Origin: a virus
Taxonomy: Duplodnaviria; Caudoviricetes
Virus record (IMG/VR): IMGVR_UViG_3300022932_000024
Coordinates: 1-24,331 of that record
Length of the DNA stretch: 24,331 nt
Reading direction: 5' to 3' (one strand)
Every line of letters begins with the position of its first letter. Position 1 is the first letter of the stretch. Of this stretch, positions 1 to 9,156 are shown piece after piece. A program made the translations under genes and the position numbers. The notes below the pieces were generated by a model that was not told where the DNA came from, did not search any database, and worked only from the letters and a program-made list of their open reading frames with translations.

Positions 1-8
1 AGAGGGTG

Positions 9-36
9 TCATTATAAGGTATGTTAATTCTGCGAG
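9..36 (-). promoter_or_regulatory. Possible promoter element at the end of the holin gene (CTCGCAGAATTAACATACCTTATAATGA)
   Basis: Perfect TATAAT hexamer at 16..11 on the minus strand just after the holin stop; no canonical -35 at 17 nt spacing; single copy in this window. Confidence 0.25.
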
Positions 37-446
37 TTGTCCAAAAGCCGAGGATCTGTACCAGAGCCCGGAGTTTCGGTTTCAACGTCAAGAACTATAC
101 GATCCTTGTTTGCTAGTTCGCTTATCGGAGTATCAAGCAGAACATCGCTGACATTTAGGCCATCGCGACTAACCGTGAGACTAAGATCACCATCCTTGGA
201 GCGATCGGAGTTATCATACACTGTCTTACTAATTTTAAGTAATGTACCGAGTAAAGTATCGATAACAAGAACCGTTCCAGATACCTCAAGAACAAACCCC
301 CAATGCCAAATAGCAGCAAGACCAGCATAAGCAACACCTAATGCCGGAATGTAGATCTGTGCAGCATCCTTGAGGAAGTCATACACCTTAGGTGCAAAAA
401 TCCAACGAGACTCATTAGCTTCAACACGGCTATTTGAAATAGACAT
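24..446 (-). CDS. Holin (Dp-1-like family), about 140 aa
   Basis: Start moved from the ORF track to ATG at 446 (AAGGAG RBS at 458..453). Sequence YDFLK..AQIYIPALG..Y.GLA.IW.W...V.GT...IDTLLG.LL.IS...Y has two hydrophobic helices and matches the pattern I recall for Dp-1-type holins; lies at the end of the tail module. Confidence 0.8.
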   Translation of the reverse strand: MSISNSRVEANESRWIFAPKVYDFLKDAAQIYIPALGVAYAGLAAIWHWGFVLEVSGTVLVIDTLLGTLLKISKTVYDNSDRSKDGDLSLTVSRDGLNVSDVLLDTPISELANKDRIVLDVETETPGSGTDPRLLDNSQN

Positions 447-456
447 AAATATCTCC

Positions 457-1269
457 TTAACTGGGCATCTTCCAAATGCCATCTTTTTTGACGAAAGGTA
501 ATCCAATTTTCCATTCGCCGGAAACTTTAACATACGGAATACCATACTTCCAGAGACCACCAACTTTAACCCAAACAGGGGCAAGTGTGGCTACTGTAAG
601 GACCGCTGACGATGGAGAATATCCTCCTGCGGAGCCGTTATGTGCATAAACTCTAAACGAATATGTTTTACCAGGAACAAGTCCTGTCAGTACTCGTGTC
701 AAGTTATTAGCAATATCGTCAACAAACGCTCCGGTACCGTCACTAGTTTCATAACGTCTAACTAAATAATGATCTATAGCGGCGCCACGATTATCTGATG
801 AAGCTGCCCAAGTAAGTCTCATACTGGTAGGTAGAATTTCACTAGCTACTGGTGTACCAGGGGTAGTTGGCGGTTTTGGAATACGAGGCGGATCTATTGT
901 ACTACCACCATCAGCATAAGAAAATGCGTTAGGCCAGTTTACACGTTGCAATGTTGATATAGAACCAACAAAACCCTCAGAGTTATGTCCAACGTTAACC
1001 CCCCAGGGTCCATCATACCATCTTTGACCACCAGCAGGAACACCCGAGGGCATAGTACCGGAATGTCCGCCACCACCCATTCCAGCTATTTCACCAGTTT
1101 GGCTACCCACATAACCCGAGTAAGAAGAAGATCCTCCTCGGTTAATAGCCTGCACCCAGTAGTATATAGTAGAATAGTTTCCTGCTTGATCCTGAGACAC
1201 AAGATCAGCATAAAGGTTATAATCTGTGGTTGGGGCAGAAGAACGCCGACTAACGCGTAAAGTAGCCAT
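457..1269 (-). CDS. Minor tail protein with fibronectin type III domain, 270 aa
   Basis: AGGAG RBS; N-terminal beta-rich domain (SQD.AGNYSTI); FN3 signature P.TPGTP...I.PTSMRLTW..S.DN.G..I..Y...LTGLVPGKTYSFRVYAHN..G.S..S; C-terminal triple (aromatic)VK..G.WK repeat. Confidence 0.85.
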   Translation of the reverse strand: MATLRVSRRSSAPTTDYNLYADLVSQDQAGNYSTIYYWVQAINRGGSSSYSGYVGSQTGEIAGMGGGGHSGTMPSGVPAGGQRWYDGPWGVNVGHNSEGFVGSISTLQRVNWPNAFSYADGGSTIDPPRIPKPPTTPGTPVASEILPTSMRLTWAASSDNRGAAIDHYLVRRYETSDGTGAFVDDIANNLTRVLTGLVPGKTYSFRVYAHNGSAGGYSPSSAVLTVATLAPVWVKVGGLWKYGIPYVKVSGEWKIGLPFVKKDGIWKMPS

Positions 1270-1279
1270 ATATTACTCC

Positions 1280-1525
1280 TTACGCTAGCGTCTTGATATG
1301 AATATCGCCGTCTTGTCCATCAGTGTTCACAGGATCAACTGCACTAGTGGTAATACCAGCAGCGCTTCGATAACCAGCTTTACCTATAGGAATAAGACCT
1401 CGAACTCCAGCTATTAAATCTCTAGTTCTGTTTATCTCTCGCGCACCAAATCGAACTCTACCCTCTTCTCCAGTGTTTGGAACGAGTGGATATCCCGCAG
1501 CTGTTGCGTCATCTCCTACAGCCAT
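1280..1525 (-). CDS. Small tail-module protein, 81 aa (probable minor tail protein)
   Basis: Strong AGGAGG RBS; fills the gap between neighbours; ends in GQDGDIHIK, a G.DGD motif typical of fibre segments. Confidence 0.7.
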   Translation of the reverse strand: MAVGDDATAAGYPLVPNTGEEGRVRFGAREINRTRDLIAGVRGLIPIGKAGYRSAAGITTSAVDPVNTDGQDGDIHIKTLA

Positions 1526-1538
1526 AGTTACCTCCTTT

Positions 1539-1868
1539 CTAAACTGCTAAATATTTACCGTCACGAATAAAACCATGCATACCACAGCAAGATGGCCAAT
1601 ATATGGATGCTTCTATGTGTAGCGGCTCAACGGAAATAAGATCGTGAGCCGCTACACCAGTAGGAGTCCATCCACCATAGTCTCGAGTATTAGTAGCATT
1701 TTCTTTTCTAACCGGATCAACGTTCATGTCACAATTATGCCAGACCCAAAGACACTCAATTAAATGATCGTGATCTTCTATACCACAAACCCAAGAATAT
1801 GCCACATCATATGAAAGCATATCTACTTGAATCTGACGAGAAAGAAATCCCCATAATATCACACTCAT
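1539..1868 (-). CDS. Cys/His-rich probable metal-binding protein (DUF6527-like), about 109 aa
   Basis: ATG at 1868 overlaps the upstream TGA (ATGA coupling); motifs WHNC and PLHIEASI..P.CCGMHGFIRDG.Y. Family resemblance is from memory. Confidence 0.6.
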   Translation of the reverse strand: MSVILWGFLSRQIQVDMLSYDVAYSWVCGIEDHDHLIECLWVWHNCDMNVDPVRKENATNTRDYGGWTPTGVAAHDLISVEPLHIEASIYWPSCCGMHGFIRDGKYLAV

Positions 1869-3505
1869 ACTGTGTCCCAAGTTTCTGTAGTAAGGTCATC
1901 CCAAACTTCAGCACTAGGCCAAGCATACCAAGAACCAGCAGTAATAAGAAGTTTCACAGCAAGTGTCGGATATGCTCGATCACCTTCAGCATCGGAAGCA
2001 AATATCTGCTCTGTAACACGCATTTGCTGAGATACTTTATCACTGTTACGAATCTCTACAAGATCCCCTAAATGATAATCTCTCCCATAAACATACTGAG
2101 AGTTCTTGGCGATTTCACCGTCAAATGCCGCAAAATTAGTATTTTTAGCAAGCTCTTCTTTACCCTTTTGAGTAAGAAGTGCATTAAGTGCTGCGTCTTC
2201 AGTAGGCTCATATGCTTGCGATGCGGTTATTGCTGCTAAAATGTCAGCCTTTTCGGCAGCAGAGACATGAAGCCCCTGGGCATTTACTGCATCAATAATG
2301 TTGTTTTTATCTGTTGTGGTTGCGGCAGTGTTATTAGAAAGAAACTGTTTGATTGAAGTAATATCCGCAGTTATTAACCGAGTTAAAAGACTCAGTCGAT
2401 TTAGTGCATCTTTCTGGTCCTGCGTTGCGCTGGGAAGTGCTTTAGCAGTATTGACTGAGGCTAACTGAGGAGCAGTGAGTGAATATGTAGTAGCAATTGC
2501 TGCATTTATGTTTACGATATCCTGCGGATAAAGTCGATCCATCTGCGGAATTTTAGATAAAGAATTACCTTGAAGTTCCGTAGTTGTTTCTATATTTTTT
2601 GCAATGGCTACGGCAACTTCTTGTGCTTCACTAACAATATAAGGTAACGGAATCATCGCTGAGCGATCAGCAAAACGAATATCATTAGCGTCAACGTGTA
2701 ATACTTTACGATCAAATCCAGATATAGAACTATCTACACCATCAGCATATACCAGAGCTGAACCATCAGGACTAATAACATTTGCTACGTTTTTGTAAGC
2801 TGAGATACTTGTCAAATAAGCAACATTGGTGAGGTTGTCTAGTTCTGGTGCAAATATGACATTCTTTAAAGTTGTCTGTAAAGTAGTACGGTCATTACCC
2901 GAATATACATTAAACATTAACTGCGATGTATCACGGTTTCGTACAAGTCTAAATCCCAGATCATAAATATCACAGAGCTGTTTAATCGCACTGTATAGTG
3001 TCATTGGGGGTATGTTGAGAGTAACGGGCGTTGCGGGTTCAGGAATCGTGTCTGCAGGATACATAGATCCAGGAGTATAAAAAGGAAGCTTATCTCCAAC
3101 ATTTATAGATCCGTCAATTGCAACATATTTGAATATCTGACGAATGATCGCAGCAGGTAGTTGATCAGTAAAATACCAGTTCAAATCTTTAACGTCTGAA
3201 TTTGGTACGAGAGTACGAGCAACACGATCATTAAGAACTTCTTCCAGGGACGGGCCACTTATATTTAAGTAGACCCGTCCCTGATCGTCTTGTTTATCTA
3301 ACACGTTCTCAATAGTCATTACTCTATCAGACTCATTGATTGCCAATTTAGTACCGACGGTAAGTCGGTTTCTAGCATTTAGAGTAGAAGGAATAACAAG
3401 TTGAAAATCGCCATAAGCAGCAAATCGCTCTGTCCAAATAAGTGATTCATACAAATCAAAAATAGCAACACGACGGAGTTGGCTATCTAGAACAAATAAA
3501 TCCAT
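1865..3505 (-). CDS. Baseplate hub/Tal-like minor tail protein (ReqiPepy6 Gp37-like), 546 aa
   Basis: Follows Dit with 1-nt overlap; N-terminal YESLIWTERF..YGDFQL and C-terminal Y.YGRDY.LGDLV motifs typical of this family. Confidence 0.85.
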   Translation of the reverse strand: MDLFVLDSQLRRVAIFDLYESLIWTERFAAYGDFQLVIPSTLNARNRLTVGTKLAINESDRVMTIENVLDKQDDQGRVYLNISGPSLEEVLNDRVARTLVPNSDVKDLNWYFTDQLPAAIIRQIFKYVAIDGSINVGDKLPFYTPGSMYPADTIPEPATPVTLNIPPMTLYSAIKQLCDIYDLGFRLVRNRDTSQLMFNVYSGNDRTTLQTTLKNVIFAPELDNLTNVAYLTSISAYKNVANVISPDGSALVYADGVDSSISGFDRKVLHVDANDIRFADRSAMIPLPYIVSEAQEVAVAIAKNIETTTELQGNSLSKIPQMDRLYPQDIVNINAAIATTYSLTAPQLASVNTAKALPSATQDQKDALNRLSLLTRLITADITSIKQFLSNNTAATTTDKNNIIDAVNAQGLHVSAAEKADILAAITASQAYEPTEDAALNALLTQKGKEELAKNTNFAAFDGEIAKNSQYVYGRDYHLGDLVEIRNSDKVSQQMRVTEQIFASDAEGDRAYPTLAVKLLITAGSWYAWPSAEVWDDLTTETWDTV

Positions 3506-4326
3506 TACAGCCCTCCATACTTGTCTGTATATGCTATTGAATAAGGAATCACCGCCCCTGAGGCAAGTACACGAAGTTTATTTAATCCTGGGAAAAGATT
3601 CAACCAGTTAGCAGAAGGATCTATTCCGTAAACAACTTCTTGATCCGAACCCAAATGGGTAAGGATAGCATACTTATTTCCAGGAACTGTACTTATCTTT
3701 AGAGTATCTCCAGCGACCATTGCAATAGCAATAGGCATTTGTTTGGCGATGTTATCTTCCGGAGTATTGTATATTGTAAGGTTTGTTATTGTACGGTTTA
3801 CATTTAAAGTAAACACAAATCCAGTTTCCACAGAACCCACGTAAGTTAAAGGTGATTCTGTAGTTCCCGCAGTAGTATTACCATTAAAAGTTTTTGGCGT
3901 TGTGTCAACAAAGTTAGAATTTTCACAAATTATAGATATTGTAGCATCAGGATCTCGAGTAAAGCGGGGCGAGTCGAAAGATTCCACCCGCCCCGCTATG
4001 TTAACTACGAGCCCATCATCTTCATAGAATCTGAGATTAACGTTTGTTTTTGGCATAAAAAACGTATAAAGTCTACGTCTAATATCCCTAACATTTGTAG
4101 CTACGTAGTCTGGTTCATACCCAAGAGTAAATACTAGATTTCTTTTATCTCGTCGAGCAGACTGAAATGCGCTTAAATCTTGTCCTGCAAAATCAGAATA
4201 TACCAAAGTAGCTTTAACCGGATCAAGACCAGTAATGTCTTCGATCGTGATTCCTTCGGTATAGTCAGTAAGGGAGAGTGTGAGTAACTTTCCTTGGTCG
4301 TTACGTGCTTCTACTTTAACCAACAT
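3505..4326 (-). CDS. Distal tail protein (Dit), 273 aa
   Basis: Immediately downstream of tape measure; size and motifs I.DITGLDPVKA, RNLVFTL, I.GRVES, WL.L.PG.N fit the Dit family. Confidence 0.85.
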   Translation of the reverse strand: MLVKVEARNDQGKLLTLSLTDYTEGITIEDITGLDPVKATLVYSDFAGQDLSAFQSARRDKRNLVFTLGYEPDYVATNVRDIRRRLYTFFMPKTNVNLRFYEDDGLVVNIAGRVESFDSPRFTRDPDATISIICENSNFVDTTPKTFNGNTTAGTTESPLTYVGSVETGFVFTLNVNRTITNLTIYNTPEDNIAKQMPIAIAMVAGDTLKISTVPGNKYAILTHLGSDQEVVYGIDPSANWLNLFPGLNKLRVLASGAVIPYSIAYTDKYGGL

Positions 4327-7300
4327 TATTTATCCAACTCTCCCTTCTTAACTGCAATTAGATTCTTAGTATTGCGATATGTTTCAACTTCAGAGATAGC
4401 CTTCGGCGAATTATTAATCTGCGTGAAGTTAAGCACTGTGCCTTCGTTTGACGGAACACCGTCAGCATCAGTAGCAACACGCATATTTTCTTCATAACCA
4501 AAGTTTGCCGCATTTGCATTAGACCTTGTGTTGTCCAAAGAAATAGCATTAGTGCCTAGCATACCATTGATCTGAGATGCGTCTTTCTTAACTGCTGAAA
4601 GATCCAACACAGGTCGAATAGTAGGCGTTACATCCATATTATTAGATACAGCACTGGCGATATTAGCCATAGACTTAGTTACAGCAGCAACAGCAGTACT
4701 TCCAATAAGGTCACCGGCTTTGTTCACTTCATTAGTGCTTGCGATCATCTCATTAACGAGACCTTCAATCGAGAAAGCCGCGATTTTCTTGAACTCCTTT
4801 GACGGAGAAGCAATACCAAGAGCATTCTTAGCACCCTTGATAAGTGCATTACCAATCTTTTCACCAGCCTTCTTGATAGCCGATCCGCCAGCTTCAATAG
4901 CAGCAGTAATACCGTTCACAACAGCATTAAACAGGTTTGTTCCAGCGGTTGTGAATTTAGCAGTATTATTTGTGATATAATCACTTAACCCGTTTATGAA
5001 GCTAAGTATCATATTACCACCAGCAGCAATAATGTCAGGCAGTTTAGCTGCCATGGCATTTATGAAGTTGATAATTATGTTTGCACCCTGAGTAACTATA
5101 CCCCCAATGTTATCAGCTATACCCTTAAGTATGCCTGTAACAATTTGAAGACCTGCGTCAACAAGTAGCGGTACAAGAACAATCAAAGCCTCTACAAGAG
5201 AGACAATGAGCAAAGTCGCTACCCGAATTATCTCAGGAACAACAGTACCAATTGCAGCAAGCATGGCCATAAGGAGACTGACAAAAGCGCCAATTAACTT
5301 CGGTGCTGATTCTCCAATAGTTACCGCCATAGCGACCATACCATTACCAATAGCAACAGCAAGTATTGGTATCTGAGAAGCAAAAGCCTGTATACCCTTA
5401 GTGAAAAGAGTAATACCAGCCCCACCTACAGCTACCAAAAGTCCGATACCAACTGCAAGAGCCGCTATACCCGCAGCTGCCAGATATACTCCAGTTCCAA
5501 GTGCGAGAATACCCACGCCAAGAAGCAAGAATCCTACAGAAGCAGGAATTAAGAGTAGACCCATAACCGCCAATATACCAAGACCTGCAGCAAGGATACC
5601 AAGACCAGTACCTAATGCATCCCACTTCAATGTTCCAAGAAGCTTCAAAGAAGGCACAAGAACAGCAAGAGCCCCAGCAACGACAAGCAATGCTACTGCG
5701 CCAACTGCAGCAAATGTAAATGCATAAGCAGCGGCGGCCAATATACCAAGAGAGCCAGCAAGAACAACCATACTGCGACCAATATCGTCCCAGCTCATTG
5801 TAGCAACAATCTTAAGCGCACCAGCAAGAACTGTAACAGCAAACGCAATAACAAGCATAGCTGCTGCACCCAGAAGTGTAATCGGATTACCCATTAGTCG
5901 AACTGCAACCAATAGTACAGCAATTGTCACAGAAAGAGCAACAAGAGACTTAACCATGTTATCCATGTTGATCATACTCAATATAGCCACAGCTCCAGCA
6001 AGTCGTAAGACTGCGGAACCAATAAGCAACATTGCAGCAGCACCAATTATAATGTTTGCTGCATTCTTCTGCATTATTAGTGCAAGAAGAGCAACAACAC
6101 CAACTAGTGCTCCAAGTAGTATTATAACTGCTCCTAGTCCCTGGGCAAGATTTGCCAAAGGAATAAACGCAAGAGCAACTACTGAACCAACAAGAATAAG
6201 AACTGCCTGTGCCATAAGTATCATAGCGCCAGCACCAGCAAGAATTGCAGGTCCACTCTTTGCCATAACGTCAGCGACAACAGACAAAGCAAGAGTAAGT
6301 GAAGTTAGAAGCACAACAACAGCAGCAAGACCTCCGGCCATCTTCTCTATAGGAAGAAGAGAAAGCAAAGCCACGGCTGCAGCAAGAACAAATATAGCGT
6401 TGGCAATGGCGACTAGAACTCCCGCCAGAATCACCATATCAAATATACCCTTAGCTCCAGTCATTGCTGACATTTCTGCAAGAGCAAGCATGATAGCTTT
6501 CATCATTCCCACAATAGCCAAAGAAGCAGCTATCATCTTACCGCTATCCACAAGACTCAAGAGCAATGCCGACGCAGCAAGTAGAGCAACAGATATTGCA
6601 ATTTCTTTAAGAGTTTTAGCATTGGTATTGATTTCAAGAGCTTTAAGGTTTGTACGCAGAGAACCAAATATAAGGTCGAACTGGGTTACAAATCCACCAC
6701 CTAAAGCGTTCAAGGTGTTTTTAAGGTTACCCATAAGTGTGCTAAGCAGACCAATAAACAACGCACCATTCAATCCAGAAATAGCGTCATCGAAGTTTAA
6801 TTCACCAAATAGACCCTTTACAACCTTGACCATACCCGATACAGCATCGCCAATTGCTTTAAACACAGGCTGTAAAAATTGCCATACAGCATTAGCAGCA
6901 GAGACTATTCCATTCCAAAGGCTTTTAAAGAAGTCCCCTAATACTAAGAGACCCTTAAAACGCTCACCAATATCTCCAAGGAACTTGACGAAAGCGGGAG
7001 CCCCCGGGTTTTCTAAGAAAGACCATCCATCGGATAGAACCCCAAAGAAAGTCTGCAATAGACCAATAGGAACAGCAATAACGCTTTTAAGAACACTAAA
7101 GAACTTAGTGAGTCCCTCTCCGCTCTTTATAGCTTTATCAACACCTACAAGCCAACGACCAATTTTTGCTGTAAAGTCACCAAAACCGTCGCCACTGTCG
7201 TTAGTTATACCGATAAGATCGGCAAGTAACCCTACAACTCGAGATATAATCTGCCATCCAATAGAGAGAATAGCAAAGAACCCAGCCGCAGTTTCACGAA

Positions 7301-8519
7301 TATTAATAAACTGATGTGTAGTCGGCACAAGGAGTGCAAAGAACGTGGCAAAAGCCTGTCCCATATCCTTTACCATCTGTACAGTCGGCGTTGGGAATAT
7401 AGCACTAAAACCCTGCCCAATAGCTTTACCTATTTGGGACACAATTTCAAATATATAACCCAGAGCTCGAACAAATGGTTCTGCTGCAACAGCATACTGA
7501 GAAAGGTCAAACTTAGCGATGTTTTCGAGAAGTTTGACTAGTCCTCCTGCAGCTTTCCCCTGTAGTTCTCCAATACCTATCTGAATCGGTTTGATTGCTG
7601 CTGCAACTTGGTCGAGAACCGGAGTAAGAGCATTCATTACAACACGAAGTGATTCAAAATATGGCGTAGCAGAGTTAGCACCAATGCGAGAAAGTGCAGC
7701 CTTCATGTTTGAAAGCGCACCAGTAAAGGTTTCATTAGCTTTAGCTGCGTTAGCACCAAAGGTGTCAAGCATGACCTGAGAGAACTGAGCAAAGCTAATC
7801 TTACCCTCAGAAACCATCTTTCGAACAGCTTCTTCAGAGACGCCCATAGATTTAGCAAGAAGTGCCGCTGCATTAACACCACGAGAAGCAAGACTTAGTA
7901 GATCGTTACCATACACACGTCCGTTACCTGCGATTCCCTGGAAAATACGAGCAATATCCCCGTAGTTACTACCCGTCTGAGCAGCAACGCCAGCGATAGA
8001 GCGCAGAGTCTCATAAAGACCATTACCAGCGGTAATACCTGATGCGCCGAACTGTGCAGCAGCTGTAGCTGCTTCATCAAGTCCATAAGCCGTCCCAAGT
8101 ACTGCCTGAAGTGACGCTGCCATGGTTGCTTCAATATCAAGGCCTAAACCACGGAACTGAAATTTAGCTTGCTCGAGGGCTAGTGCTCTTCGCTGACCGC
8201 CTTCTACGATTGGGCTAAGTATGGCTGCGCCAATATTCTTACCAGCGTTAATTGCTGACTGGGTGAGGTTAGAAAGTACGTTAATACCAATTATGCCAAG
8301 AATACTGAAAGCATTAGATATAGATTCTACACCTTGAGCTATGCTTCCAAGGTTCATACGGTCGGCAGCATTCTGAATGCTGTTAAGACCGGAGGTTGCC
8401 CCGTCAAGTTTTAGGTTATTTTGTAAGTCAATTAGTGACTTGTTAGTATCAGCAACTCCTGCCTGAAACTGGTCATTGTTAAATCGCATGTTAACAATGC
8501 GATCGTCAATAGTGCTCAT
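4326..8519 (-). CDS. Tape measure protein, 1397 aa
   Basis: Longest ORF; Ala/Gly/Leu-rich helical composition; tape-measure N-domain (GTAYGLDEAATAAAQFGASG...VRKMVSEGKISF...ANETFTGALSNMKAALSRIG); long hydrophobic repeat region; upstream of Dit. Confidence 0.95.
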   Translation of the reverse strand: MSTIDDRIVNMRFNNDQFQAGVADTNKSLIDLQNNLKLDGATSGLNSIQNAADRMNLGSIAQGVESISNAFSILGIIGINVLSNLTQSAINAGKNIGAAILSPIVEGGQRRALALEQAKFQFRGLGLDIEATMAASLQAVLGTAYGLDEAATAAAQFGASGITAGNGLYETLRSIAGVAAQTGSNYGDIARIFQGIAGNGRVYGNDLLSLASRGVNAAALLAKSMGVSEEAVRKMVSEGKISFAQFSQVMLDTFGANAAKANETFTGALSNMKAALSRIGANSATPYFESLRVVMNALTPVLDQVAAAIKPIQIGIGELQGKAAGGLVKLLENIAKFDLSQYAVAAEPFVRALGYIFEIVSQIGKAIGQGFSAIFPTPTVQMVKDMGQAFATFFALLVPTTHQFINIRETAAGFFAILSIGWQIISRVVGLLADLIGITNDSGDGFGDFTAKIGRWLVGVDKAIKSGEGLTKFFSVLKSVIAVPIGLLQTFFGVLSDGWSFLENPGAPAFVKFLGDIGERFKGLLVLGDFFKSLWNGIVSAANAVWQFLQPVFKAIGDAVSGMVKVVKGLFGELNFDDAISGLNGALFIGLLSTLMGNLKNTLNALGGGFVTQFDLIFGSLRTNLKALEINTNAKTLKEIAISVALLAASALLLSLVDSGKMIAASLAIVGMMKAIMLALAEMSAMTGAKGIFDMVILAGVLVAIANAIFVLAAAVALLSLLPIEKMAGGLAAVVVLLTSLTLALSVVADVMAKSGPAILAGAGAMILMAQAVLILVGSVVALAFIPLANLAQGLGAVIILLGALVGVVALLALIMQKNAANIIIGAAAMLLIGSAVLRLAGAVAILSMINMDNMVKSLVALSVTIAVLLVAVRLMGNPITLLGAAAMLVIAFAVTVLAGALKIVATMSWDDIGRSMVVLAGSLGILAAAAYAFTFAAVGAVALLVVAGALAVLVPSLKLLGTLKWDALGTGLGILAAGLGILAVMGLLLIPASVGFLLLGVGILALGTGVYLAAAGIAALAVGIGLLVAVGGAGITLFTKGIQAFASQIPILAVAIGNGMVAMAVTIGESAPKLIGAFVSLLMAMLAAIGTVVPEIIRVATLLIVSLVEALIVLVPLLVDAGLQIVTGILKGIADNIGGIVTQGANIIINFINAMAAKLPDIIAAGGNMILSFINGLSDYITNNTAKFTTAGTNLFNAVVNGITAAIEAGGSAIKKAGEKIGNALIKGAKNALGIASPSKEFKKIAAFSIEGLVNEMIASTNEVNKAGDLIGSTAVAAVTKSMANIASAVSNNMDVTPTIRPVLDLSAVKKDASQINGMLGTNAISLDNTRSNANAANFGYEENMRVATDADGVPSNEGTVLNFTQINNSPKAISEVETYRNTKNLIAVKKGELDK

Positions 8520-8902
8520 TTAGCAATCACCTCCTTCCAGACAGATTCTGCTATGTCATCAAATATGGGTTGGATAGCAGGGTTGATAAAGTCATACCCT
8601 CTAACATACCCACCCGTTCCGGTAGCATGTCCGTATTGGAGTAATATAACAACTGGTATATTATCTGCCATATGAGTGTTAGTCCACTGCACCGACCACT
8701 GTCCGTTGTCGCTTGAAATAATATAATCCCAAGAAGCCGCTGTCTCACCAGTATCGTTTGGGGTAACACTTCTAAGAGCGTCAACCCCTCGCTGCCCGTA
8801 TGCTTCAAGAGCGTTAAAAAGATCATTCTTGAGCATACGGGCAAGGAAGTTTTCAAGGTGTTGAAATCCGCCGTTATGTGTAAAAGTTAATCCTTTGGCC
8901 AT
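8516..8902 (-). CDS. Neck/tail-completion protein (HK97 gp10-like), 128 aa
   Basis: TP.DTGETA.SW and LQYGH.T..GGYV.G.DFINPA motifs characteristic of HK97-gp10-like proteins; ATGA overlap with tape measure. Confidence 0.75.
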   Translation of the reverse strand: MAKGLTFTHNGGFQHLENFLARMLKNDLFNALEAYGQRGVDALRSVTPNDTGETAASWDYIISSDNGQWSVQWTNTHMADNIPVVILLQYGHATGTGGYVRGYDFINPAIQPIFDDIAESVWKEVIAK

Positions 8903-8933
8903 TTCAACTCCATTCTACTTCCATTTTGATTAT

Positions 8934-9146
8934 TTAGCTATCTTCTGTTTCCGGAGGTGATATTGCTTCTGGCGCGTCCGGCGGAGGAACAACGATTGGA
9001 TCGGGAACCTCATCGAATTGTGCTGCAAGAGCGGTGTCATCTAGAATAGCAAAAGTCATTCCAGATTCGTCGATAAGTTTATTCAACGAAATACCCATGT
9101 CAACAAACACTTCTCTGCGATAGACTCGCTTTGATCGATAAGCCAT
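8934..9146 (-). CDS. Small acidic protein, 70 aa, possibly fibre-associated chaperone
   Basis: AAGGAG RBS; directly downstream of the fibre gene; Pro/acidic C-terminus. Confidence 0.6.
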   Translation of the reverse strand: MAYRSKRVYRREVFVDMGISLNKLIDESGMTFAILDDTALAAQFDEVPDPIVVPPPDAPEAISPPETEDS

Positions 9147-9156
9147 TACTTCTCCT

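Noticed and set aside
447-584. ORF-track 5' extension of the holin (186 aa)
   Set aside because: Overlaps the FN3 gene; a strong AAGGAG RBS supports ATG 446.
5956-7314. 452-aa plus-strand ORF (and 5401..5727)
   Set aside because: Antisense to the Ala/Leu/Gly-rich tape measure region; composition mirrors the sense codons.
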